From: a virus
Taxonomy: Duplodnaviria > Heunggongvirae > Uroviricota > Caudoviricetes
IMG/VR virus record: IMGVR_UViG_3300028592_000006
Location: 64,001-79,505 of that record
Direction: 5' to 3' (one strand)
Length of the DNA stretch: 15,505 nucleotides
Positions 1 to 7,146 of the stretch are shown one piece after another. The first letter of the stretch is position 1. The number at the start of each line of letters is the position of its first letter. The notes below the pieces were generated by a model. It saw nothing but the letters and a program-made list of their open reading frames with translations. It ran no database searches and was not told where the DNA came from. The position numbers and the translations under genes are program-made.

Positions 1-425
1 ACCACCTGGTCCTCCACGAAGCCGTAGCTTCCAAACGTGCCATCAACCGTGCCACCGGGCGGGTAGAGGAATTCACCTGTCACCGTGCCACCGCCAACCG
101 GAGCCTGGAGATACTTGTCCCGTCGGATGATATAGGTCCGGACAAGTTCATCCCCGTTGATTTCCCAATTATAGGCATCCTGTGACTCGCGCTCGGCTGC
201 GAACCACATCTTGTAGCGCTGGCCACCAGAGTCCAACGGCTCGCGATAGACCATCTTGTGGTTGGGAAAGCGGGTCGAGTCGGGATGAGGATCGTCAATC
301 TGGATGTCCCATGCCCGTTGGAGCTTCAGATCAACCTTTTCATAAAACAACAGGTCAGATCCAACACCGTGGAAGGTGAAGACCTGGAAGCGTTCTTCGG
401 ACGGGTTGCTGAGTTGCTTCGCCAT
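1..425 (-). CDS. Probable virion tail/structural protein, N-terminal part only (runs off the left edge of the window)
   Basis: Not in the ORF track. Manual translation from ATG at 423-425 gives MAKQLSNPSEERFQVFTFHGVGSDLLFYEKVDLKLQRAWDIQIDDPHPDSTRFPNHKMVYREPLDSGGQRYKMWFAAERESQDAYNWEINGDELVRTYIIRRDKYL..., open to position 1 (141 codons). Codon use matches the other phage genes. The tail role is inferred from context and recalled similarity to uncultured-phage proteins. Confidence 0.75.
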   Translation of the reverse strand, partial: MAKQLSNPSEERFQVFTFHGVGSDLLFYEKVDLKLQRAWDIQIDDPHPDSTRFPNHKMVYREPLDSGGQRYKMWFAAERESQDAYNWEINGDELVRTYIIRRDKYLQAPVGGGTVTGEFLYPPGGTVDGTFGSYGFVEDQV

Positions 426-454
426 GCGGGAGGGTATCTAATCGTTTCTTACAT

Positions 455-664
455 TCAATCCTTCTTGGAGTAGAGCCAGCAGGCCTTGCCATTGAGCACC
501 ATCTTGCGGCGCTTCAGGGCCTTGTTGGTGGAGAGGATTCGGCTCATCTGGACCCGGCTCATCCCGGCCTCTCCCGCGGCCTCCTCGATGGTGAATTCAC
601 CGGGTTGGCGGGGTGTGGCGGGACTGATCCCCACATCCATCAGCAGCTGGCTCAGGGCACTCAC
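455..664 (-). CDS. Small putative helix-turn-helix DNA-binding protein
   Basis: C-terminal part of track ORF 455..790. FTIEEAAGEAGMSRVQMSRIL looks like an HTH. The start is placed at GTG 662-664 (MSALSQLLMDVG..., 69 aa) because it forms a GTGA overlap with the stop of the duplicated phosphoesterase tail; ATGs at 715 and 724 are alternatives. Confidence 0.65.
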   Translation of the reverse strand: MSALSQLLMDVGISPATPRQPGEFTIEEAAGEAGMSRVQMSRILSTNKALKRRKMVLNGKACWLYSKKD

Positions 665-747
665 AGAATCCCTTGTGGACTGATCCAATCGTTGTTTTCC
701 TTGATTGCGTGCCATGCGTTCCATTTCCCGGTTTTGGTGTTGATCAA
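661..747 (-). pseudogene. Displaced original 3' end of the metallophosphoesterase gene (28 codons plus stop)
   Basis: Translates as LINTKTGKWNAWHAIKENNDWISPQGIL*. It aligns without gaps (18/28 identical) to the last 28 aa of CDS 1460..2191, LINTKTGKWSGFHVVKENGDWLTPMGQL*. Confidence 0.85.
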
Positions 748-1463
748 TTTCCGTAAATCTTCCGTGGATTCTTTCCATGAGAACCAGCACCTTTTGACCG
801 GTTCTGCTTGAGCCAAAGTGGCTTAAGATTTGAATAATGATTCAAACGAACCACGTCTTCATGGGTTTTTGCGCTCGCCATGGGAACAACGTGATCAATT
901 TCCCATAGATGGCGATTGTCCCATGTCATACCGACATCAAACAAGGATTCAATATGGGTGAAAAATTGCGCCCAAGTGCATCCAAGAATTTCGAGATTTG
1001 ACGTTTTAATCTCGCGAATCCCCTTCAACGAAATCGCCTTGTTCACTGAGCGCCGATAACGTCCAGCCAAATTGAACAAAGGATCAGTTGCACGCTTGTG
1101 ATTATGCCATGCGGCAACACGAGCCAATTGACGATCTTTGTTTTTGGATGCCCATTCCTTTCGCTTTTCGCAATGGTAACGACGTACATCGGGGCACTCG
1201 CGACGTTTGGCGCTACGGATGCGCTCCTTAGCTCGAACTTGGTCCCTCTTGGAGTAGGCTTTTTGTTTTTGAACTCGGACCAAACGATAATCTGAATCGT
1301 TTTTATACTTCTCATTTGCTCGAGCACGTTTGCGCTCAATACGGGCGTTCAAAATCTCACGAGTAGCCCAGACCTCGCCTCGTCGTTTGTCGTATTGAGA
1401 AAACACCATTCCTGTCTCAGGATGGACCTCTCCTTGTTTCCACTTTTTTTGTTCAAGCATCAT
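744..1463 (-). CDS. HNH-family endonuclease (free-standing homing endonuclease-like)
   Basis: C-terminal WEIDHVVP...NHYSNLKPLWLKQNRSKG is an HNH motif, preceded by a basic helical region. GC is about 40-47% in three sampled 60-nt lines versus about 65% in a sampled line of the neighbouring gene. ATGA overlap with the upstream stop. Confidence 0.9.
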   Translation of the reverse strand: MMLEQKKWKQGEVHPETGMVFSQYDKRRGEVWATREILNARIERKRARANEKYKNDSDYRLVRVQKQKAYSKRDQVRAKERIRSAKRRECPDVRRYHCEKRKEWASKNKDRQLARVAAWHNHKRATDPLFNLAGRYRRSVNKAISLKGIREIKTSNLEILGCTWAQFFTHIESLFDVGMTWDNRHLWEIDHVVPMASAKTHEDVVRLNHYSNLKPLWLKQNRSKGAGSHGKNPRKIYGN

Positions 1464-1555
1464 AGTTGTCCCATTGGGGTTAGCCAGTCACCGTTTTCCT
1501 TCACAACGTGAAATCCTGACCACTTACCTGTTTTTGTATTAATCAAACCTCCAAC
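748..1555 (-). mobile_element. Homing-endonuclease cassette (recoded phosphoesterase 3' end plus HNH gene)
   Basis: AT-rich segment bounded by two copies of the same phosphoesterase C-terminus. Third-position codon use switches from C/G-ending to A/T-ending near 1555. Boundaries are approximate. Confidence 0.7.
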
Positions 1556-2191
1556 CCAGCCGTTGCGCCATGCGAGCTTGGCTGGCGTGCGGTCGGCGTA
1601 GGTCATCAGGTTGATGTCGGCCAGGCATCCGACCGAGAATGACTGGGAGCCGTCAATGAAGCGGGCCACGTAGGTGTCGGGCTTGTGAACGTGCCCGTGC
1701 AGGCATTCACCCCAGTTCTCGAAGTGGGCCTTGGCTGGATACATTGTCGCCCTGAACCCGTGTATCAATTTTGGTCCTCCCTCCGGCATCCGCAGGAAGC
1801 GGTTGACGTGGTAGGGGACGAACTCGATCCGGCGCTTGCGGAATTCGCGTTCGGAGTCGGAGGCAAGCTTCTGGCAGGTCTCCCGCAGGATGCCATCCGC
1901 GCAATGGGTCGAGTGGAGCCAGATCCGGTCGTCGTGGTTTCCCAGCGTCAGGAAGTTCGGCCGGAACACGTCGAGGAACTCCAGCCCGCACTGGTAGTCC
2001 TCGCTGATACCATCGGCCTTTTCCTCCTGCGAGGCCCCGCGCCGCAAGGGTGAGAAGTCCCACAGGTCCCCGAGGTGAATCCGGTAGTGGGGGTTCCATG
2101 AGTCGATGAACGACTGGAGTTTCAAGACCGCGGCCTTGTCCACCAGCCGGCCGTGGTTGTCTGCCACGGCAATGAATCGCTTGTAGCTCAT
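1460..2191 (-). CDS. Calcineurin-like metallophosphoesterase
   Basis: Full motif set: ADNHG, HLGDLWD, LGNHDDR, IHG, HGHVH. Start placed at ATG 2189-2191 (MSYKRFIAVAD), which overlaps the upstream stop as ATGA; 243 aa. Confidence 0.93.
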   Translation of the reverse strand: MSYKRFIAVADNHGRLVDKAAVLKLQSFIDSWNPHYRIHLGDLWDFSPLRRGASQEEKADGISEDYQCGLEFLDVFRPNFLTLGNHDDRIWLHSTHCADGILRETCQKLASDSEREFRKRRIEFVPYHVNRFLRMPEGGPKLIHGFRATMYPAKAHFENWGECLHGHVHKPDTYVARFIDGSQSFSVGCLADINLMTYADRTPAKLAWRNGWVGGLINTKTGKWSGFHVVKENGDWLTPMGQL

Positions 2192-2484
2192 GGAATGATC
2201 AGTTGTTCCCAGGCAGGCCAAAACAGGTTGTCCAGGCACCGGACGATGGCCTCTTCCTCCATCCCTTCGTTGTAGGCCACTCCACCGATGGACAGGGATG
2301 CGTGCTTCATCTCGTGCCGGAGGGTTTCGTAGAAGCACTTCTCGGCCTTCGGTCCTATGCGGATGATCTTCTCGTCAAACAGCCACTGGCCGAACTCCTC
2401 GAGCTCCGGGTCATATTCGACGACAATGGACCACCCCCCGATGGAGACCCGCTGGACCTTGAGAAATGGAGGCGGGTGGCTCAT
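2188..2484 (-). CDS. Small zincin-like metallopeptidase (HEXXH)
   Basis: TLRHEMKHASL motif with a downstream EEEAIVR candidate third ligand; 98 aa; abuts both neighbours. Confidence 0.75.
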   Translation of the reverse strand: MSHPPPFLKVQRVSIGGWSIVVEYDPELEEFGQWLFDEKIIRIGPKAEKCFYETLRHEMKHASLSIGGVAYNEGMEEEAIVRCLDNLFWPAWEQLIIP

Positions 2485-3102
2485 TCAATTTATTGGTCCT
2501 TCGACCAAGAGATACCAGACGTAGTCCATCTTGGCTGCGAGGGTGGAGTCCCACACCTGTTGGAGGAAGTCCTTGGCCACGTCACGGGGAAGGGTTTGGC
2601 ATCCCTCCGAGCTGGTTCCGTTGAATCCTCCCGGATGGACGTTGATGGCGAAGTAGCCTGACTCCTGGTAGTTCCGCTTGTCTCCCGGTGCGTAGGTGCG
2701 GGTGACGCTGAACCGTCCATCATTCGGAGCCTTCACCTTGCGGGCTTCCTCGAGTGTCATCTGTCGCAGGGCGGGAGTGACGCCCTTGTGGGGTCCGCGC
2801 CGGAACGGCCAGCAACCGACATTGAGCACGGCCATTGGCTTGCCGGCATTTCCATTCCAACCGATGCGCGATGGGTCGGTATTGGCCTGGTGTGCCACCA
2901 TCCCCTTCGGGGTGACGTAGGCTATCATGTCGTCCCAAAGTCCGAAATCATTAGCCTCAGGATTGCCCTCGCTTTTGAGCCAGTAGCCACGAACGGCAAA
3001 AAGAAAGCGGTCAGGCAAAGGCCCGCCGGGTCCGCACCGGTCCCAGTGTTCTTTAGCCAGAACTAACACCTTTTCACGAGTGATTTGTGGAATGCGTTTC
3101 AT
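2485..3102 (-). CDS. Putative endolysin with a YkuD/L,D-transpeptidase-like Cys-His catalytic motif
   Basis: FAINVHPGGFNGTSSEGCQT resembles the H...S-x-G-C motif of YkuD-fold enzymes (H156 and C168 counting from the 3102 start). It lies next to lipoprotein and holin-like genes. Start placed at ATG 3100-3102 (MKRIPQ); the track starts at 3186. Confidence 0.65.
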   Translation of the reverse strand: MKRIPQITREKVLVLAKEHWDRCGPGGPLPDRFLFAVRGYWLKSEGNPEANDFGLWDDMIAYVTPKGMVAHQANTDPSRIGWNGNAGKPMAVLNVGCWPFRRGPHKGVTPALRQMTLEEARKVKAPNDGRFSVTRTYAPGDKRNYQESGYFAINVHPGGFNGTSSEGCQTLPRDVAKDFLQQVWDSTLAAKMDYVWYLLVEGPIN

Positions 3103-3103
3103 T

Positions 3104-3202
3104 TCAAAGCAGGTCGTAGGTTTCCCAGTCGAGGAACTCGGCAAGGAGTCCTCCCTTGGTGATTTGCCGCCAGCCACGGTCGGCATTGGCGGTGCGTTTC
3201 AT
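3104..3202 (-). CDS. Small hypothetical protein (32 aa)
   Basis: MKRTANADRGWRQITKGGLLAEFLDWETYDLL*. The ATG overlaps the upstream stop (TGATG) and its stop lies 1 nt before the next ATG (TGAAATG), so it fills the gap exactly. Too short for the ORF track. Confidence 0.6.
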   Translation of the reverse strand: MKRTANADRGWRQITKGGLLAEFLDWETYDLL

Positions 3203-3510
3203 CACTTGTTGCGGTTCTCGATCTCCAGTGGCGTGATGCGGGCCTCCAGAGGGGCCTTTGGGGCGTTTTCAAGCGCCTCGTGGATGTCAGTGCCGGAACC
3301 ACCCTTCTGCTCCACCACGCGGGCTTTAGGGGCAAATGCGATGGCAGTGGCCGTGATGGCTGCCACCGCACCGGCATCAGGCGTCTTGATGACGGACTTG
3401 GACCCATCCGCATGGTAGGTCGTGGTCGTCGTGCAGGAACAGGTCATGGACAGGAAGGTCCATGCAACCGCCCATGCCGCTCCAAGGAGTATGTAGTAAG
3501 TCGCTTTCAT
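3202..3510 (-). CDS. Putative lipoprotein (possible o-spanin-like lysis protein)
   Basis: MK start, hydrophobic stretch YYILLGAAWAVAWTFLS, then a lipobox-like TCSC. Located in the lysis-like cluster, with an ATGA overlap with the upstream gene. The spanin role is inference. Confidence 0.6.
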   Translation of the reverse strand: MKATYYILLGAAWAVAWTFLSMTCSCTTTTTYHADGSKSVIKTPDAGAVAAITATAIAFAPKARVVEQKGGSGTDIHEALENAPKAPLEARITPLEIENRNK

Positions 3511-4040
3511 GCCGCTTCATCGCTGTTGGTTGATGCCTTGGTCTTCGGGGTCAGAACCTTCGACCAGGCTCCGCTGTTCTTCTGGTTGGCTGCAAACAAG
3601 CCGCCCCATAGACGGACAGCCCCGTGGAAGGTGCCGGCCAGCAGGAAACCGGACAACTTCATGATGTCGTAGAATGCCGCGTCACACTGGAAGCGGCTGA
3701 AAGGGAAATGATCCGTCGCGATGAACTGGTAGAGGACATCATGGACCAGCGAGGCTAGCCGGGTGCAGTGGGGATCAGGGGTTCCCAGCCAAAGAAAGGT
3801 AAAGCGGGCCTTGGGAGAGCATCCGTCCCAACTATAGTGCGGCCGGATGTGCAGCTTGTTCTTCACCAGCCTTGCCCACTCGATCCCGTTCTTGTCGTAG
3901 AACAGGATGGGGTCGGGAAAGGTGTTGGATGGCAGGTCGAGATGAACCGTGATGGAGTCCAGCGTCGTGAAGCGGTAGCGTCCACCGCGGTTCTCGCGGT
4001 ATTGCTCGTCCCTCACGAATACTGGAAGCTCCCTGATCAT
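3507..4040 (-). CDS. DUF1353-like phage protein
   Basis: YSWDGCSP...ASLVHDVLYQ...RFQCDAAFYDIM...HGAVRLWGG matches the recalled DUF1353 pattern (WDGxS, HD, D, AVR-x-GG). Confidence 0.75.
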   Translation of the reverse strand: MIRELPVFVRDEQYRENRGGRYRFTTLDSITVHLDLPSNTFPDPILFYDKNGIEWARLVKNKLHIRPHYSWDGCSPKARFTFLWLGTPDPHCTRLASLVHDVLYQFIATDHFPFSRFQCDAAFYDIMKLSGFLLAGTFHGAVRLWGGLFAANQKNSGAWSKVLTPKTKASTNSDEAA

Positions 4041-4041
4041 T

Positions 4042-4437
4042 TCATTGCCTCTTCAAGTGGTCCTTCACGTCTTCCATCACCGCCGTGCAGCGGTCGAGGA
4101 TGCCGCTGTTCTGGGTGACGACGGTAAGGAGCTGCTTGTTGGCTTCATCCCTTTCCGCTTCGCGCTTTGCCCGTTCCTCGTCGCGCTGTTTCTCGCGGGC
4201 GTCGTTCTTCTCTTCGGCCTTGTTCAGCCGCTTGTTCATCCACACCAGGCCAATCATCAGCCCGATCAAGGCTCCGAACGGCCCCATCAGCATGCCCATC
4301 CACTCGGGGTAATTGCTGTTGGTCGCATCCTCGATGGTGGACAAGGCAAGGGGGAATGCGCGAGAGCCGGCTACGCCGGAGACGATGGAAACAAGACCTG
4401 AAAGGGTGTAGTCGATGGTGGACATGGGATCATTCAA
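4042..4437 (-). CDS. Holin-like membrane protein with a C-terminal coiled coil
   Basis: Hydrophobic segments LSGLVSIVSGVAG and WMGMLMGPFGALIGLMIGLVWM, followed by a charged heptad-like tail (BhlA-like architecture). Located upstream of the lysis-like genes. Confidence 0.55.
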   Translation of the reverse strand: MNDPMSTIDYTLSGLVSIVSGVAGSRAFPLALSTIEDATNSNYPEWMGMLMGPFGALIGLMIGLVWMNKRLNKAEEKNDAREKQRDEERAKREAERDEANKQLLTVVTQNSGILDRCTAVMEDVKDHLKRQ

Positions 4438-5692
4438 CGGGATTGGTTGCTTCCGTAACCGTGTGTCCGGTGCTGATGCCGTGGCGGGAGTCGATCAGCG
4501 CGATCAGCTCGTTCATGAGCGAGGGTTCCGCCATCACCCCGCTGATGACACCGGAAAAGCCCCATCCTCCTTGGACGGGCACGATGCAGGGAGAGCCCGA
4601 GTCGCCACCCCGCAGTGCGTGGTAGAACTTGCTCCCTGAACTGCCGTCCCATGTCGGTTCCATCTCGGAACATGCGTAGGCAGATGCCCCTATCACGCCG
4701 ATGGTGCGAAGCCCGTTGAACGCGATCCCTTGATAGGTCGAAGCATTGTAGGGAGTGCGAACCTCGTCGGCCAGCGATGCCGAGGCAAAGGCGTTGAGAT
4801 GCCCGTCGTTGTTCAGCAAGGCGAAGCCGAACACCTGCGGGCAGAACGTGGCGGTCGTTTCGTCGGAGGCGACGATGCCACGTCCGAGTTCGTGGGCGAT
4901 GGGCAGGATGTGAATCGACTCCGGCAGATCCGAGTCAAGCAGGGCAATGGAGCTGTCCCAACCGGGGACGCCTGCCGCTGGCATCTCGGTGAAAAGGTTA
5001 ATCACACGGACGACCTGCCGGGAGATGATGTTGTTATTAACGTCCTTCCAGTAGAGGGTTTCGCCCGCGTAATACTGGTAGTGGCCGCAACCGTAGAGGT
5101 GGCGCGGCGTGATCGCCATGAAGCGACGCCCTCCAACCGTGCCCGAGGGATTGCTACCCGGCACACCCCATCCGCCGTTCCAGACGTGCCCGGTCAGGAA
5201 CTCGTGGGGGATGGCACTTGCTTGGGCGCGGTTGCCAGACGTATCGAACATCGAGTTGTTCACCATCGCGTCGGCGATGGCTTTCACCGCAAGATAGGAA
5301 TACTCGAAGTATGAATCCGGTTCTGCGGCTTCCACGGGCAGTTTGACCGTCCCGCCAACGGTAGTCCGCATGTCAAAGCGCCAGTTGCTCGACCGGACAC
5401 GCGAGTTGGAGAACGATGCCAAGACGACGCTGTTGACCCCTGGCTTCCGTCGCACGACGGGCCACTCGGAAATGTCGAGAGCGTCGGCAGGCGTCTGCGA
5501 GTGAATCTCCACCGGCAAGGATGACCCTGGAACAACAAGGTAGTCGCGGTGCGAGGTTGCGCCCGATGCCTCGGTGTAGTGGGCGTCGCGGTGCTGTTCT
5601 GGCGAATTGCTTCCAGGCACGGTTACCACCGTGGTATGCGCCAGCGATAAGACCGGCACAATCTCCTCGTTGGGCGTTTGGCGGATGATCAT
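4430..5692 (-). CDS. Trypsin-like (clan PA) serine protease with an N-terminal extension
   Basis: Triad motifs appear in the correct order: MAITPRHLYGCGH (H204), WDSSIALLDSDLP (D246) and GGDSGSP (S365). Confidence 0.85.
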   Translation of the reverse strand: MIIRQTPNEEIVPVLSLAHTTVVTVPGSNSPEQHRDAHYTEASGATSHRDYLVVPGSSLPVEIHSQTPADALDISEWPVVRRKPGVNSVVLASFSNSRVRSSNWRFDMRTTVGGTVKLPVEAAEPDSYFEYSYLAVKAIADAMVNNSMFDTSGNRAQASAIPHEFLTGHVWNGGWGVPGSNPSGTVGGRRFMAITPRHLYGCGHYQYYAGETLYWKDVNNNIISRQVVRVINLFTEMPAAGVPGWDSSIALLDSDLPESIHILPIAHELGRGIVASDETTATFCPQVFGFALLNNDGHLNAFASASLADEVRTPYNASTYQGIAFNGLRTIGVIGASAYACSEMEPTWDGSSGSKFYHALRGGDSGSPCIVPVQGGWGFSGVISGVMAEPSLMNELIALIDSRHGISTGHTVTEATNPVE

Positions 5693-6555
5693 GCGAGAGT
5701 TCCAGAAACCGTTGTTTCCGCTAGAAGTTCAATCGAGCCTGAGATGGACATGAGAGCAAAGTCGGCAGGCGACCAGTCGCCCACGATGTAGAACTCGAAG
5801 GATGTAAGTTCGTCCACCGGCTTCATGGTGGTGGGGTCGTTGGTGATGACCGTTGCCGCCATCGGCAGGTAGTCAGCGGGAGTAACTTGGTCCGCTGCCC
5901 CCGCGATTTCCTGCGTGGGGATTAGCAACGAAGTGCGGAGGTTTCCCGTAGTCTCGGAGAGACTCAGGACCCCCTTCATCTTTCGCACCTCGTAAAACTC
6001 GGTCGGAGTGATCTTGAGATAGGAACCCTCTGTCAGATCGGCGACTCCGGTCCCCAGACGGACGAGAATGTAGAGGTCGCTGGTGGTCGGAAGCACTCCC
6101 CCGCCGGACGAATCAATCTGCAATTCGATCCTGATCCCGACCGGGTCGGCGTCCTCGTTGGCTTCGGCGGCAGGGATCGGGAAACCACCCAAATGCAGCT
6201 TTTGAATCCCGTCGGCGAACGCCTGCGCCTGAACATTCGTGAACGTAATCTTGCGGAAGACCGCTTTGGCAAGACGGTCGTCCCCCCAATACGGTTCGCC
6301 GCCCTTCTGGCCGAGCGCATTGTCGGGATTGACGGTGCCGGTGCGGTCGGAGAACTCAACGGCGTCCGTTACCAGGACTTGTCCCTGGAGGGCTCCATTG
6401 ATGTCTTGAAACGTCAACTGGCTGGCAACCGAAACCTCGTTTCCAAGGTAGTCCACGATGGAAAGCAGCCCGTTGCGGACAACCACCCCGTAAGTAGCCT
6501 TCGACAAGCCCTTGGCAACCCCGTTGTTCGCAAGAATTACAACCTGTTCGTTCAT
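5689..6555 (-). CDS. Hypothetical virion structural protein (beta-rich, acidic)
   Basis: 288-aa ORF with phage-like codon use. It follows the capsid and decoration genes and overlaps the next gene as ATGA. Function is inferred only from position and composition. Confidence 0.6.
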   Translation of the reverse strand: MNEQVVILANNGVAKGLSKATYGVVVRNGLLSIVDYLGNEVSVASQLTFQDINGALQGQVLVTDAVEFSDRTGTVNPDNALGQKGGEPYWGDDRLAKAVFRKITFTNVQAQAFADGIQKLHLGGFPIPAAEANEDADPVGIRIELQIDSSGGGVLPTTSDLYILVRLGTGVADLTEGSYLKITPTEFYEVRKMKGVLSLSETTGNLRTSLLIPTQEIAGAADQVTPADYLPMAATVITNDPTTMKPVDELTSFEFYIVGDWSPADFALMSISGSIELLAETTVSGTLA

Positions 6556-6575
6556 CTTTTCTGTTGGTTCAGGCT

Positions 6576-6613
6576 AAGAAAAGAAGGGGCTCCGGTGAGT
6601 TGCCGGAGCCCCT
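6576..6613 (-). terminator. Rho-independent terminator
   Basis: Minus strand: AGGGGCTCCGG-CAACTCA-CCGGAGCCCCT, a perfect 11-bp stem, followed by TCTTTTCTT, just after the stop at 6623. Confidence 0.85.
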
Positions 6614-6622
6614 CGGGGAGGG

Positions 6623-7063
6623 TCAGCCGACCCGATACCAGTTCGACCCGTTGGAGAGGAACCGTGCGGGAGTGTTGATCGCAACCACCAGCGGGCTTGC
6701 GTGGGCACCATAGGCGGTCGTGACCGGGTTGGTTGCCAGTGTCACCGCACCGGAGCTGGTGTTGGCGTTCATGATCAGAAGCTCGCGCAGCTCGCCGGAT
6801 GGCGACGGGATGGTGGCGGCGGTGGCGGCGGTGCGGCCCGAGAAGATCGTGACGCGCTTGCTGACCGTGCCGGCATCCGTGGTGATGTTGGCGGATAGGT
6901 CGTCGGCCGTGATCGCGTTGATCCCTTGTTCGACACCGCTCGTCAAGGCGGTGACAAGCTGCTTGTCCTGGAAGCCGATTGCCTTGCGGCCTTCCTTGAG
7001 GTAGCGCCGGCTGATGGTCTTGCCTTCGTTGTCGGGAAGGATGAGAGAGAGGATGGATTTCAT
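6623..7063 (-). CDS. Probable capsid decoration/cement protein
   Basis: 146 aa from ATG 7061-7063 (MKSILSL). Directly downstream of the MCP and T/A/S-rich. It ends in ARFLSNGSNWYRVG, a pattern typical of small beta-rich decoration proteins. The upstream track start at 7114 lies inside a terminator. Confidence 0.65.
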   Translation of the reverse strand: MKSILSLILPDNEGKTISRRYLKEGRKAIGFQDKQLVTALTSGVEQGINAITADDLSANITTDAGTVSKRVTIFSGRTAATAATIPSPSGELRELLIMNANTSSGAVTLATNPVTTAYGAHASPLVVAINTPARFLSNGSNWYRVG

Positions 7064-7094
7064 GGTGTTAGCTTTAACTAAGTGCCCACTAAGC

Positions 7095-7132
7095 AGAAAC
7101 CCCCGGCCCGGCATGGGCTACCGAACCGGGGG
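7095..7132 (-). terminator. Rho-independent terminator after the major capsid gene
   Basis: Minus strand: CCCCCGGTTCGG-TAGCCCATG-CCGGGCCGGGGG (12 bp including two U.G pairs) followed by TTTCT. Confidence 0.75.
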
Positions 7133-7146
7133 CGATGCACTACGTA

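Noticed and set aside
37-92. Direct repeat CCGTGCCACCG at about 47 and 82
   Set aside because: It encodes repeated GGTV peptides within a CDS; only two copies and no spacer array, so it is not CRISPR-like.
4423-4437. Dual-start MNDPM of the holin-like gene (lambda S105/S107-like)
   Set aside because: There is no basic residue between the two Met codons and the holin call is itself tentative.
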